64,000 nt of DNA. Origin: Holophagales bacterium (lineage in GTDB: Bacteria > Acidobacteriota > Thermoanaerobaculia > Multivoradales > Multivoraceae). A program made the translations under genes and the position numbers. Shown here piece after piece: positions 9,405 to 19,377 of this stretch; position 1 is the first letter of the stretch, and every line of letters starts with the position of its first letter. The notes beneath the pieces are model-generated. The model worked only from the letters and a program-made list of their open reading frames with translations. It was not told the origin of the DNA and searched no databases. The DNA is taken from the NCBI GenBank assembly GCA_009845425.1, contig VXZQ01000001.1:194363-258362 (forward strand), written 5' to 3'.

Positions 9405-10664
9405 ATGGCGAAGCGGGTTGCCGAAACGCCGACGGACTACGAGCGGCCGTACCGGCCGCTTCCGGTCGCGCTGCTGAACGCGGCCGGGCGGGCCGCACGC
9501 CACGTCGGCGCAAGCGGGAGGCTCGACGTCGACAGGATGGTCGCGAAGGCCCAGAGAAGAACCGGTCTGTCCAGCTTCGGCGACGAGTGGTTCATGGAAC
9601 CCCTGTCCGTCCTCGTCCGCTCGATCAACGAGGAGGCCGACCTCACGCTCCTGGGCCGGCTGATCCAGCGGCGGCGAATCGAGGGAGCGCTGGTTACCCG
9701 TCTGCGCGTCGAGGAACTCCTCCGCCGCCGGCCGAAGATCTGCAACATCGACCTCGGCCGGATCGTCGTGATCGCCGGCCTGCAGCGGACCGGCACGACC
9801 ACCCTGCATCGGCTGATCGCCTCCCACCCCGAGATGCGCGCCGTCGAGGCGTGGGAGGGACTGAATCCCCTGCCCCTGCCTCGCGAAGAGCCGGGCGATC
9901 CTCACACCCGGATCCGACGGGCGCTCATCGCGGAGAAAGCCGTCGCCTATCTCGCCCCCGCCTTCTTCGCCGTTCATCCCGCCGAACACGACGCTCCGGA
10001 GGAGGACGTGCTGCTGCTCGACGTGGCCTTCATGAGTCAGTCGGCGGAAGCGACCATGCACGTACCTGCCTACGCCCGCTGGCTGGAAGGCCAGGACCAC
10101 ACGCGCGCGTACGAAGAGTTCCGCACCCTGCTTCAGGTCCTGCACTGGCAACGGCCGCGGAGTCACTGGGTGCTCAAGACGCCGCACCACATGGAGTACC
10201 TCGACGTCCTCCTCGAGGTCTTTCCGGCAGCCACGGTCGTCCGGACACACCGCGATCCGCTGAAGACGATTCCCTCCTTCTGCAGCATGGTCGCCCACGG
10301 CCGCGGCCTGTTCAGCGACCGGGTCGACCCGAAGGAGATCGGCGCGCACTGGTTCGCCAAGACCTGCCGGCTGGTCGAACTGACCGCCCGCGTTCGGGAA
10401 GCCGCGGACCCGAGCCGCTTCGTCGACGTCTCCTACTACGACCTGGTCGACAATCCGATGGCGGTGCTGGGCAAGGTCTACCAACGGGCCGGCATTCCCT
10501 TCGGACCAGACGCGATGAAAGCCGCCGAGCGGACCGCGAGCCGCAACGTGCAGCACCGCTACGGGCGGCATGTCTACGAACCGGAGAGCTTCGGCCTGAG
10601 CCGGGAAGTGATCGAGCACGGAATGGCGGCCTACCGGAAGCGGCACTCCATTCCCCGTGAGTAA
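9405..10664 (+). CDS. sulfotransferase family protein
   Basis: P-loop-like 5'-PSB motif GLQRTGTTTLHRL and a downstream RxxxS-type 3'-PB region (VVRTHRDP), typical of PAPS-dependent sulfotransferases. Confidence 0.75.
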   Translation: MAKRVAETPTDYERPYRPLPVALLNAAGRAARHVGASGRLDVDRMVAKAQRRTGLSSFGDEWFMEPLSVLVRSINEEADLTLLGRLIQRRRIEGALVTRLRVEELLRRRPKICNIDLGRIVVIAGLQRTGTTTLHRLIASHPEMRAVEAWEGLNPLPLPREEPGDPHTRIRRALIAEKAVAYLAPAFFAVHPAEHDAPEEDVLLLDVAFMSQSAEATMHVPAYARWLEGQDHTRAYEEFRTLLQVLHWQRPRSHWVLKTPHHMEYLDVLLEVFPAATVVRTHRDPLKTIPSFCSMVAHGRGLFSDRVDPKEIGAHWFAKTCRLVELTARVREAADPSRFVDVSYYDLVDNPMAVLGKVYQRAGIPFGPDAMKAAERTASRNVQHRYGRHVYEPESFGLSREVIEHGMAAYRKRHSIPRE

Positions 10665-10677
10665 GCTGACGAGCCGC

Positions 10678-11655
10678 ATGAAGAAGCTCTTCAAGGTGCT
10701 CCGCAAGGCGGTCCGGGACCGGGCGGCCGAGCGGCCGGAGATCGAGCCTCTGCCGGCTTCCGTTCGGATCGACGGCAGGACCTGCCTGGTTACCGGAGCC
10801 AACAGCGGCGTCGGCAAGGCCGTCGCCATCGACCTGGCCAGACGCGGCGGCCACGTCCTGATGGCCTGCAGGAGCGGGCACCCGGAGGCCGGTGAAGAGG
10901 TACGGGCCGCCTCCGGTTCCGACCGGGTCGAGATGCTGCGTGTCGACCTTTCCGACATGCGCTCGGTGCATCGGCTCTGCGACGAGCTGCGCGACCGGCG
11001 AACGGTTCTCGACATCGCGGTCCTCAACGCCGGCCTCATGCCGCGCCGCGCCCGCCGCACGCCGCAGGGATTCGAGACGATGTTCGCCGTCCACTTCCTG
11101 GCCAACCGTGTCCTGGTCGACCGCTGGCTGACGGACGGAACGGTTCGCCCGGCGGGCCGGATCGAGGAAGCGCCCCGCATTGTCATTGTCTCCTCCGACG
11201 CCCACCGCTCCGCCGAGGCGATCGACTTCGACCGCTTCGGCGAGTTCACGGACTACGGCGTCCGGGACGGGATCAGGCACTACGGCGCGAGCAAGCTCGT
11301 CCTCTGCACCTACGCGACCGAGCTCTCGCGCCGCCTGAACCGCGACGGCGAGGGCCATGTCGTGGTCCACTCGCTCTGCCCCGGCCCCGTCAACACCGCC
11401 ATCGCGCGGGAAGCCCCGTGGTTCCTGAAGCCCCTGGTGGTCCCGATGATGAGGTTCTTCTTCCTGACGCCGGAGAAGGCCGCCAGGCCCGTCAGCTACC
11501 TGTGCTGCGCCGACGACGCCGGCAAGCGGACCGGCATCTACCTGCACATGCTGCGCGAGAAGCGCCCGTCCGAGCACGCCACCGAACCGGCCAACGGCGC
11601 CCGGCTATGGCAGGCCAGCGCGGCGCTGCTCAAGGCGCAGGCGCCGCCGAGCTGA
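10678..11655 (+). CDS. SDR-family oxidoreductase
   Basis: TGANSGVGKA Rossmann motif (TGxxxGxG) and a NAG motif (VLNAGLM). Alternative GTG start at 10657 overlaps the sulfotransferase stop. Confidence 0.75.
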   Translation: MKKLFKVLRKAVRDRAAERPEIEPLPASVRIDGRTCLVTGANSGVGKAVAIDLARRGGHVLMACRSGHPEAGEEVRAASGSDRVEMLRVDLSDMRSVHRLCDELRDRRTVLDIAVLNAGLMPRRARRTPQGFETMFAVHFLANRVLVDRWLTDGTVRPAGRIEEAPRIVIVSSDAHRSAEAIDFDRFGEFTDYGVRDGIRHYGASKLVLCTYATELSRRLNRDGEGHVVVHSLCPGPVNTAIAREAPWFLKPLVVPMMRFFFLTPEKAARPVSYLCCADDAGKRTGIYLHMLREKRPSEHATEPANGARLWQASAALLKAQAPPS

Positions 11656-11750
11656 CGCCCGTGGCCTACCGACCCGGATCCGGTATCTCGAAGGCCTTCC
11701 ACCACATGTGGGAGCTCTGCTCGCCGAAGCCGGTGGCCGAACGGGTCGAC

Positions 11751-12659
11751 ATGTCGGGCAGGAAGGTGATCGTCACCGGCGCGACGCCCGGGTCGATCGG
11801 CTACCAGGTCGCCAGAACGCTCGCCGCCTGGGGCGCCGACGTGACGGTCACCTGCCCTCGCGACAGCGACGCCGCCAGGGAGGCCCTGTTCCGGGATCTG
11901 CGGGACGCCGGGCGGCAACCGCACGGAATCGAGGCCCACCGGCTCGATCTCGCCGACGCCGGAAGCGTCGCCGATTTCGCCGCCTGGTACAGGGAGACCT
12001 CCGGCGGCCGCCTGGACGTGCTGATCAACAACGCCGGCATCCTCCGCGACGTGCTCTGGCGCTGGCGCGAGCAAAGGCTCTCCGCCGACGGGTTCGAGAT
12101 CCACTGGCGAACGAACTACCTCGGCACCTTCCACCTGACCCGCCTGCTGCTGCCGATGCTCCTCGAGTCCGGCCGGCGGAGCGGCGACGCCCGCGTGGTC
12201 AACGTCTCCTCGCACCAGCACGACAAGGGCAGCAACGACCGCTTCTTCGCGCCCCCGGACAGGCTCGACTCCTGGACCGCCTATGGCCAGTCCAAGCTGG
12301 CCCTGATCCACCACGCGTTCGCGTTGCAGCGCCGCTACGGCGCGGACGGCAACCTCCGATCGGCCGCCCTGCATCCGGGTTCCGCCTACTCGAACATGAC
12401 GTTCGGTTGGCAGGACGAACCCCTTTGGCTCAGGCGGACCAAGCGCCTGTTCACGCCGCTGGCGCCGCTGATCCTCCTGACGCCGAACCAGGCCGCGCAG
12501 ACGACGATCCACTGCGCCACGGATCCTCATCTGGAGGGCGGCCACTACCACGAACGCTGCGCCAAGGCCGAGCCCATCCCTGACGCCCGGGACGAAGCCG
12601 CGTCGCGACGCCTCTGGGAAGAGACGGACCGCTGGGTCCGGTCGCTCGGCCAGGAGTAG
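11751..12659 (+). CDS. SDR-family oxidoreductase
   Basis: MSGRKVIVTGATPGSIG glycine-rich motif, NNAG, and a YxxxK catalytic pair (YGQSK). The listed ORF start at 11418 overlaps the previous gene by more than 230 nt and is rejected. ATG at 11751 (or 11706) fits. Confidence 0.75.
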   Translation: MSGRKVIVTGATPGSIGYQVARTLAAWGADVTVTCPRDSDAAREALFRDLRDAGRQPHGIEAHRLDLADAGSVADFAAWYRETSGGRLDVLINNAGILRDVLWRWREQRLSADGFEIHWRTNYLGTFHLTRLLLPMLLESGRRSGDARVVNVSSHQHDKGSNDRFFAPPDRLDSWTAYGQSKLALIHHAFALQRRYGADGNLRSAALHPGSAYSNMTFGWQDEPLWLRRTKRLFTPLAPLILLTPNQAAQTTIHCATDPHLEGGHYHERCAKAEPIPDARDEAASRRLWEETDRWVRSLGQE

Positions 12660-12677
12660 CGGCGCAGGAGGCCCCCG

Positions 12678-13151
12678 ATGTTCAAGCACTCCATCGATTC
12701 AGAGCCGGTAGAGATCGACGCCCCGATCAAAGTGGCCTGGGACCTCCTCGTCGACCTCGACCGGTACCACGAATGGAACCCCTTCGCCCGGACCTACAGG
12801 AAGACCGATGTACGCGTCGGCTCCACGATCCACTTCGACGTCAAGCTCGACCGCTACAACCGGAAGCAGACCGAGCGCCTCGCGATCATCGAGCCGCCGA
12901 CTCGACTGGCCTGGAGCACGAACGTCGCCCTTGGCCTCGTCAAGGCGCTCCGCGTCCAGCGGCTTGAGAAGCGAAGCGAGACGAGTTGCACCTACTTCAA
13001 CACCGACACCCTCGAAGGCCCCCTAGCACCCGTGGCCCGCCTCCTGTTCGGCGGCGCCATGCACCGCGGCTTCGCGGCCGTCGGCAGGGCGCTCAAGCAG
13101 ACCGCGGAGGAACGGCACGGAGACCGGAGCCCAGATGAAGCATCGCCTTAG
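12678..13151 (+). CDS. SRPBCC (polyketide-cyclase/Bet v1-like) family protein
   Basis: About 157 aa. AGGAGG RBS 6 nt upstream. The [17 protein letters not shown] start is typical of SRPBCC/START-like small proteins. Confidence 0.6.
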   Translation: MFKHSIDSEPVEIDAPIKVAWDLLVDLDRYHEWNPFARTYRKTDVRVGSTIHFDVKLDRYNRKQTERLAIIEPPTRLAWSTNVALGLVKALRVQRLEKRSETSCTYFNTDTLEGPLAPVARLLFGGAMHRGFAAVGRALKQTAEERHGDRSPDEASP

Positions 13152-15471
13152 CCGACGAGGCTTGCTCGGATTCCTGGCCGCGGTCGTTTCCCTGCCGAAG
13201 CGGATCGGACGGGCGGAGGCGGGGCAGCAGGAACATGACCAAGTGTCTGGCACCCGCGTCGACCGGTGGCACCGGACCCACGATCGAGTCTGGCTCGGGG
13301 AGCGGTTCTGGGCCAATCCGATGGAGGACTGGCGAGTTGTGGACGGTGCCGCGGAAGTGCAGACCTCCGGCGGCGATCGCAACGTCCACCTGATCACGCA
13401 TCGGTTGACCGGCGAGCGGGGGCGGTTTCGGATGTCGGTCCGCTGCAAGCGTGTCGAAGTTGGTGAGCGGGACGGCGGCGCGGGGTTCCGGATCGGTATC
13501 CGCAACCGCATCGATGACCATCGCAGCAACTGCTTCGCGCGCGGCGTCGGGGTCGACGCGGGGCTGATCGACGGGCGGCTGTTGCTCGGTATGGCGAGCA
13601 GCGACATCGACGGGGGTGATGCCGTTGTGAGCGACGGGGTCGTCGTGGTTCTCGACGGTGTTACGGCTTCCAACAGGTGTGTGCTCCTGCTCAGAGCTCT
13701 TGCCTCCGACGGAACCGAACTGGGCAGAGCTTCAAACATCATCTCGACGGCCGAGATCGAGGGAAACGTCGCAATCGTCAGCAACTTCGACCGCGAGATC
13801 CCGAAGGGCGAGGGTGCCCGGTACCGGTTCAGCGAGTGGACGGTGGACGGGGACGCCTTCGAGTTCGACGAGGACTACCGGTTCGGGCCGATCCTGTGGT
13901 CGATGTACTCGATGAGCGACTCCCGCTCTGACGAGGGGTTCGTCGTCAAGATGACGGCGCTGCTGCCGCCGCTGGGCGCCGACGACGACCGGCGGGTCGA
14001 GCTGCTGACGGAGCGGGACGGGAAATGGCGGTCCCACGGCTTCGCCGAACTCGACCCGGACGCCTGGACGGCGACCTTCCGCCTATCCAACTGGCACGAG
14101 CGTGTGGCGGCACCGTTTCGGCTCGTCTACCGCGAGCAGCACCCCGGCGGCGACGAGACGGAGCACGAATGGCGGGGAACGATCCGCCCGAATCCCGCAG
14201 GGCGGCCGGTGCGGCTGGCGGGCCTCACCTGCCAGAATGACTACTCGTTCCCCTACGCTCCGGTCGCGGACCACGTCCTGGCTCGCGACCCCGACCTGCT
14301 CTTCTTCTCGGGCGACCAGCTCTACGAGAACCACGGCGGCTACGGCCTGATCCGCGAGCCGGCCGAGCCCGCGATTCTCAACTACCTGCGCAAGTACTAC
14401 ATGTTCGGTTGGGCCTTCCGCGAAACGATGCGGGACCGCCCGACGTTATGTATTCCGGATGACCACGACGTGTTCCAGGGCAACATCTGGGGTGAGAGCG
14501 GCAAGGCGATGGACACCGGCCGGGGCACGTCCTCGCTCGGCGGCTACCGGGAGCCGGCGCGGATGGTCAACGTGGTCCACCGCACGAACGCCTCGCACCA
14601 CCCGGACCCGTTCGATCCGGCGCCGGTCGAGCAGGACATCAGTGTCTACTACGGCGACATGGTCTACGGCGGCGTGGGCTTCGCGATCCTCGCCGACCGC
14701 CAGTTCAAGAGCGGCCCGGAGCACGTGGACACCGGCTCCGGCCGGGCGGACCACGTGCTGGACGACAGTGTCGACACCTCGGCGCTCGACCGGCCAGGCC
14801 TCGCGCTGCTCGGGGAGCGGCAGGAAGCGTTCCTGGAAGAGTGGGCCGGCGACTGGCGGGGCCACACGATGAAAGTGCTGCTCAGCCAGACGGTGTTCGC
14901 CGGCGTCGCCACGCATCACGGTGGCCACGACGACTACCTGATCGCGGATCTCGACTGCGGCGGCTGGCCGCAGACACCGCGCAACCGCCTCGTCCGCATC
15001 CTGAGGAAGGCGAAGTGCCTGCACGTCTGCGGCGACCAGCACCTGCCGTCCCTCGTCCAGTACGGCGCGGACGCGCAGCGCGACGGTTGCTGGGCCTTCT
15101 GCACGCCAGCGATCAGCGCCGGCTACCCGCGCTGGTGGCGGCCCGACGAAGTGGGCACTCCGCACCAGAACCGGCCCCGGCACGGTCTGGCGCACACCGG
15201 CGAGTTCAGCGATCCCTTTGGCAACCACGTCTACGTCTACGCGGTCGGGAATCCGGAGGTCGGCACCGCGTCCGACCCCTACGAGCGGGCGCACCAGAAG
15301 AGCAGCGGCTTCGGCCTGGTCACGGTCGACACGGCGGCGAAGACCTACCGGATCGAGGCATTCCGCTTTCTGAGCACGGCCGACAGCGCGGACGGCGAGG
15401 ACGCCCAGTTCCCCGGCTGGCCGGTCACCCTGCACCAGGACGAGAACGCGGGCGAGAACCGGATCGGCTGA
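13135..15471 (+). CDS. PhoD-like phosphatase (metallophosphoesterase) with Tat signal peptide
   Basis: Twin-arginine signal [18 protein letters not shown]. Calcineurin-like/PhoD motifs [23 protein letters not shown] and CGDQH. Confidence 0.75.
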   Translation: MKHRLSRRGLLGFLAAVVSLPKRIGRAEAGQQEHDQVSGTRVDRWHRTHDRVWLGERFWANPMEDWRVVDGAAEVQTSGGDRNVHLITHRLTGERGRFRMSVRCKRVEVGERDGGAGFRIGIRNRIDDHRSNCFARGVGVDAGLIDGRLLLGMASSDIDGGDAVVSDGVVVVLDGVTASNRCVLLLRALASDGTELGRASNIISTAEIEGNVAIVSNFDREIPKGEGARYRFSEWTVDGDAFEFDEDYRFGPILWSMYSMSDSRSDEGFVVKMTALLPPLGADDDRRVELLTERDGKWRSHGFAELDPDAWTATFRLSNWHERVAAPFRLVYREQHPGGDETEHEWRGTIRPNPAGRPVRLAGLTCQNDYSFPYAPVADHVLARDPDLLFFSGDQLYENHGGYGLIREPAEPAILNYLRKYYMFGWAFRETMRDRPTLCIPDDHDVFQGNIWGESGKAMDTGRGTSSLGGYREPARMVNVVHRTNASHHPDPFDPAPVEQDISVYYGDMVYGGVGFAILADRQFKSGPEHVDTGSGRADHVLDDSVDTSALDRPGLALLGERQEAFLEEWAGDWRGHTMKVLLSQTVFAGVATHHGGHDDYLIADLDCGGWPQTPRNRLVRILRKAKCLHVCGDQHLPSLVQYGADAQRDGCWAFCTPAISAGYPRWWRPDEVGTPHQNRPRHGLAHTGEFSDPFGNHVYVYAVGNPEVGTASDPYERAHQKSSGFGLVTVDTAAKTYRIEAFRFLSTADSADGEDAQFPGWPVTLHQDENAGENRIG

Positions 15472-15474
15472 GGC

Positions 15475-17802
15475 ATGCGGCTACTCTCGCGCGGCATGGC
15501 GCGCATGCGCCTGGCGATCTGCCTGCTCGCCACCGGCCTCCTTCCGCCTCAAGCCGTCGAGGCACGCCAGGACGCAGGCCCCCCGCCCGGTTCACCGGCG
15601 CCGCTGACGGAGCCGCTGGATCTTCCTCCCACCTTCGACGGCCCGCCCCCGCCCGTGCCGCCGACTGTGATGAACCGGGACGAATCAGGCAAGGCCACGG
15701 TCCGGGCCGTTCGCCTCGCCACGCCGCTTCGGATCGACGGCCGGCTCGACGAGGCTCTCTACGAAGTCGTGCCTCCGATTTCGGACTTCCTCCAGGTCGA
15801 GCCGCGGCCGGGGGAGCCGGCCACCGACAGGACGGATGTCTGGATCACGTTCGACGAAACCACGGTCTTCGTGTCGCTCCGCTGCTGGCAGGACCCCGAC
15901 CGGATCGCGGCCAACGACATGAGACGCGACTCATTCAGCGAAGACGACTACTTCGACATCGCTCTCGACACGTTTTACGACGGTCGCAACGCCGCCGTCT
16001 TCACCGTCTACGCCTCGGGCGGCCGCTTCGACGCCCAGGTCACCGACGAGAGCCAGATGAACGTCGACTGGAATCCGGTCTGGGATCTCAGGACGGGAAG
16101 GTTCGAGGGCGGGTGGACGGCCGAAGCCGCGATCCCGTTCCGGTCGCTCAGGTATCGGCCCGGGCGCGCGCAGATCTGGGGCGTCAACCTGCAGCGCTAT
16201 ACGCAGTGGAAGAACGAGAGTTCGACCCTGAACCGCATCCCGGTGGCGCTCGGCTCGATGGGCATCATGCAGATGTCGCTGGCCGGACCCCTGGTTGGGC
16301 TGGAAGCCCCGCCGGCCTCGAGGAACCTGGAGTTCAAGCCCTATCTGGTGGCCGACATGGTGAGCGACCGCCTGGCCAACCCGGAGATCTCGAACGACGT
16401 AAGCGCCGACCTCGGCATCGACATCAAGTACGGAGTCAGCCAGAACCTCACCGCCGACTTCACGTACAACACCGACTTCGCCCAGGTCGAGGCCGACCAG
16501 CAGCAGGTCGATCTGACCCGCTTCAGCCTCTTCTTTCCAGAGAAGCGCGACTTCTTCCTGGAGAACCAGGGGACCTTCGGCTTTGGCGGCGCCCAGGCCG
16601 GCGGATTCGGTGGGCCAGACGACACGCCGTCCCTGTTCTACAGCCGCCGCATCGGCCTCCAGCACGGGCGCGCGATCCCGATCGAAGGCGGCGCCCGGCT
16701 GACCGGACGGACGGGCCGCTACACGCTCGGGCTGCTGAACATTCAGGCGGACGACGAACCGTTGTCGGGCGCCATGGCGACGAATTTCGGCGTCATGCGG
16801 CTCAAGCGGGACATTCTGCGCCGCAGCAGCGTCGGCGTCATCTACACCCGCCGTTCGATCGACCAGAGCGGCGCCGGGCGCAACGAAGCCTACGGCGTCG
16901 ACGGGACGTTCGCCTTCTTCGACAACCTCACCTTCAACACCTACTGGGCCGAAACGAGCACACTGGGGCTCACTGACGACGACGCCAGCTATCGCCTTCA
17001 GATGGACTACAACGGCGACCGCTACGGAGTCCAACTCGAGCGGCTGCGGGTTGGCGGCAACTTCAACCCGGGCATCGGCTTCGTCCGCCGCCACGACATG
17101 CGCCGTTCCTTCGGCGAGTTCCGGTTCAGCCCGCGGCCGGCCGACAGCAAGCTGGTGCGCAAGTACTCGTGGTCCGGGTCGATGGCCTACATCGAGAACG
17201 GCGCGGGCCTGGTCGAGACGCGCGAGGCCGAGGCCGAGTTCGGCATCGAGTTCCACAGCGGGGACGAGATCGAACTGACGTATGTACGGAGCTACGAGTT
17301 CCTCCCGCATCCGTTCCCCATCGCCTCGGACATCACGCTCGGGGTCGGCGGCTATGACTTCGACTACGTGCAGGCCCAACTACAACTGGGCCAGCAGCGG
17401 CGGATCTCGGGCGGGTTCTTCCTCGAGTACGGCGACTTCTACAGCGGCCGGAAGACGTCCTTCGGCTGGGGCTGGGGGCGCGTGAACCTAAACTCCCAGT
17501 TCCTGCTCGAACCCGGCATCTCGTTCAACCGCGTGGAGTTGCCGCAGGGCGACTTCGACGTGGAGCTCGTCGACGTGCGAGCGGTCTACACGATGACGCC
17601 GCGCATGTTCGTGAGCGCGCTGTTCCAATACGACTCCGAAAGCCGGGGACTGGCGGCAAACGTGCGGCTGCGCTGGGAGTACACGCCCGGCAGCGAGCTC
17701 TTCATCGTCTACAACGAACAGCGCGACACGCTGGGACAGGGCTTTCCGGGACTCAACAACAGCGCCCTGATCGTCAAGGTCACCCGCCTGTTCCAGCTGT
17801 AG
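15475..17802 (+). CDS. secreted DUF5916 / CBM9-like domain protein (putative outer-membrane beta-barrel hydrolase-like protein)
   Basis: Signal peptide, then a CBM9-like N-terminal region (LRIDGRLDEALYEVVPPISDFLQVEP) and a long beta-rich C-terminal domain with alternating hydrophobic patterns. Assignment from memory of the family architecture. Confidence 0.5.
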   Translation: MRLLSRGMARMRLAICLLATGLLPPQAVEARQDAGPPPGSPAPLTEPLDLPPTFDGPPPPVPPTVMNRDESGKATVRAVRLATPLRIDGRLDEALYEVVPPISDFLQVEPRPGEPATDRTDVWITFDETTVFVSLRCWQDPDRIAANDMRRDSFSEDDYFDIALDTFYDGRNAAVFTVYASGGRFDAQVTDESQMNVDWNPVWDLRTGRFEGGWTAEAAIPFRSLRYRPGRAQIWGVNLQRYTQWKNESSTLNRIPVALGSMGIMQMSLAGPLVGLEAPPASRNLEFKPYLVADMVSDRLANPEISNDVSADLGIDIKYGVSQNLTADFTYNTDFAQVEADQQQVDLTRFSLFFPEKRDFFLENQGTFGFGGAQAGGFGGPDDTPSLFYSRRIGLQHGRAIPIEGGARLTGRTGRYTLGLLNIQADDEPLSGAMATNFGVMRLKRDILRRSSVGVIYTRRSIDQSGAGRNEAYGVDGTFAFFDNLTFNTYWAETSTLGLTDDDASYRLQMDYNGDRYGVQLERLRVGGNFNPGIGFVRRHDMRRSFGEFRFSPRPADSKLVRKYSWSGSMAYIENGAGLVETREAEAEFGIEFHSGDEIELTYVRSYEFLPHPFPIASDITLGVGGYDFDYVQAQLQLGQQRRISGGFFLEYGDFYSGRKTSFGWGWGRVNLNSQFLLEPGISFNRVELPQGDFDVELVDVRAVYTMTPRMFVSALFQYDSESRGLAANVRLRWEYTPGSELFIVYNEQRDTLGQGFPGLNNSALIVKVTRLFQL

Positions 17803-19377
17803 CTACCGCGACATCAGCACCGTCAGGCGATGAGGCGCCGTCGCCGACGTGTGGTGCATCAGGACGTCCTGCCTGCCGTCCCGGTTCAGGTCAGCGAGCC
17901 ACGTGTACTCCTCGTCCTCGGGGACGGGGATCGTGATCCGCTGAGGTTTCCTTGCGAGCAACTCCGGACCTGGAACGCCCAGATGGACGTGCAGCCTCTT
18001 CCGGCTCCTCGCGATCACGGCGTCAGAAAGTCCGTCGCCGTTCATGTCCCCCAGCCGGACCGCCGGCCAGAACGTCCTCTCGCCAGTCTTCCTGGGAGAC
18101 CTCGGCCTGATCTCTCGCACGGCTGACGGACGTCGCGCGTAGCGGCCGTCCTCCATGCGGAAGAACTCGAGGTCGAACGATCCGGCGCCGGTGAAGATCG
18201 ACATGACGAGCACCCGGATGGCCGAGAAGACCGTCGGCTCGAAAGCCGTCACGATCACGTCGACCTGGCCGTCGCGGTCGAAGTCGTGCCGGTCGATTCC
18301 GGAGATGATGCCATCGGATTCGACCACCGCACCCGGTTCAGGTGAGAACACCACGCCGCCCGAACCCGGCGCGCCGAAGTACACCTCGTACGAGGAGCGC
18401 ATCTTCCACAGACTCGCGCCCTTCAACTCGAACACGACCAGGTCGGTCACGCCGTCTCCGTCCATGTCGGTCAGCGAGTGCAACACCCTGCCCTTGCTTT
18501 CGCCCTCGGGCATGTGATCCATGCGCCGGCTGCGGATTCCCGCCGGCGCGGCGAGCGAAGCGATCTGGTCGGAATCGAACGTGATTCCGGTCGTGAACAC
18601 CCGGACCTCCGGTGAGAAGAGTCCCTGTTCGGTCTGAAGATGCACCACGAAGTGGTCGCCGTTCCAGAACACCAGATCGTCGCGGCCGTCAAGGTCGTAG
18701 TCCATCTCGTGGATGCGGCCGCCCTCCTCCCAAGGGATGTAACGGTACCCATCGGCCCCGTAGACGCGGTCCAGGCCGGTAGACGGGCCGATCCTCAGCG
18801 GTTCCGAGAACGAGCCACCGCTCCCCTGAACGAGCACCTGGAATCCATGCCCATGCGGCACCGCCAGGTCGTCACGACCGTCGCCGTTGAGATCGCGAGT
18901 GACGTCCACATGGAGAACCTCGCTTCTCGGCGACGCGTTGAAGTCCGAGGTCACGGCAACGAGTTCCCGTTCCTCCCCGGAAGCCGGATCGAACCACGTC
19001 AGCCGGCCGTCGCCGTACGCGACCAGGCGGTCTCTACCGTCAATCTTCGCGATGTCCACGAACGACACGTCCCGGCGCAGCGAAGTCTCGACGACTGGCA
19101 ACCAGTCGCCGTCCAGGAAACTGAAGATGGTCAGCCGGCGCTCGCCGTCGCCGTCGATGTACAGGGCAGCCAGATCCGCGACCGGGCCGTTCGAGAGAGA
19201 CCCCGTCAACACGGTCAGGCGATCGGCGGCGCCGAGGACAACGTCGTGGCGGGTCGGTGAAAACGCCGGCGGCGGTTCGGTGCCGGCCTGTGTCGCGGCC
19301 GGCGCCACGCCTGCCGACAGGAACAGCCCGGCTATCAGTATGCAAACCCGGCTGCGCCGATAGTGCCGGCCCGTCAT
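17803..19377 (-). CDS. FG-GAP (integrin-alpha-like) repeat protein, secreted; paralog 1
   Basis: Signal peptide. Repeated Ca-binding DxNxDGxxD motifs (DLNGDGRDDL, DYDLDGRDDLV, DMDGDGVTDLVV, DMNGDGLSDAV, DLNRDGRQDV). Its ATG overlaps the stop of the upstream paralog (ATGA). Confidence 0.7.
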   Translation of the reverse strand: MTGRHYRRSRVCILIAGLFLSAGVAPAATQAGTEPPPAFSPTRHDVVLGAADRLTVLTGSLSNGPVADLAALYIDGDGERRLTIFSFLDGDWLPVVETSLRRDVSFVDIAKIDGRDRLVAYGDGRLTWFDPASGEERELVAVTSDFNASPRSEVLHVDVTRDLNGDGRDDLAVPHGHGFQVLVQGSGGSFSEPLRIGPSTGLDRVYGADGYRYIPWEEGGRIHEMDYDLDGRDDLVFWNGDHFVVHLQTEQGLFSPEVRVFTTGITFDSDQIASLAAPAGIRSRRMDHMPEGESKGRVLHSLTDMDGDGVTDLVVFELKGASLWKMRSSYEVYFGAPGSGGVVFSPEPGAVVESDGIISGIDRHDFDRDGQVDVIVTAFEPTVFSAIRVLVMSIFTGAGSFDLEFFRMEDGRYARRPSAVREIRPRSPRKTGERTFWPAVRLGDMNGDGLSDAVIARSRKRLHVHLGVPGPELLARKPQRITIPVPEDEEYTWLADLNRDGRQDVLMHHTSATAPHRLTVLMSR

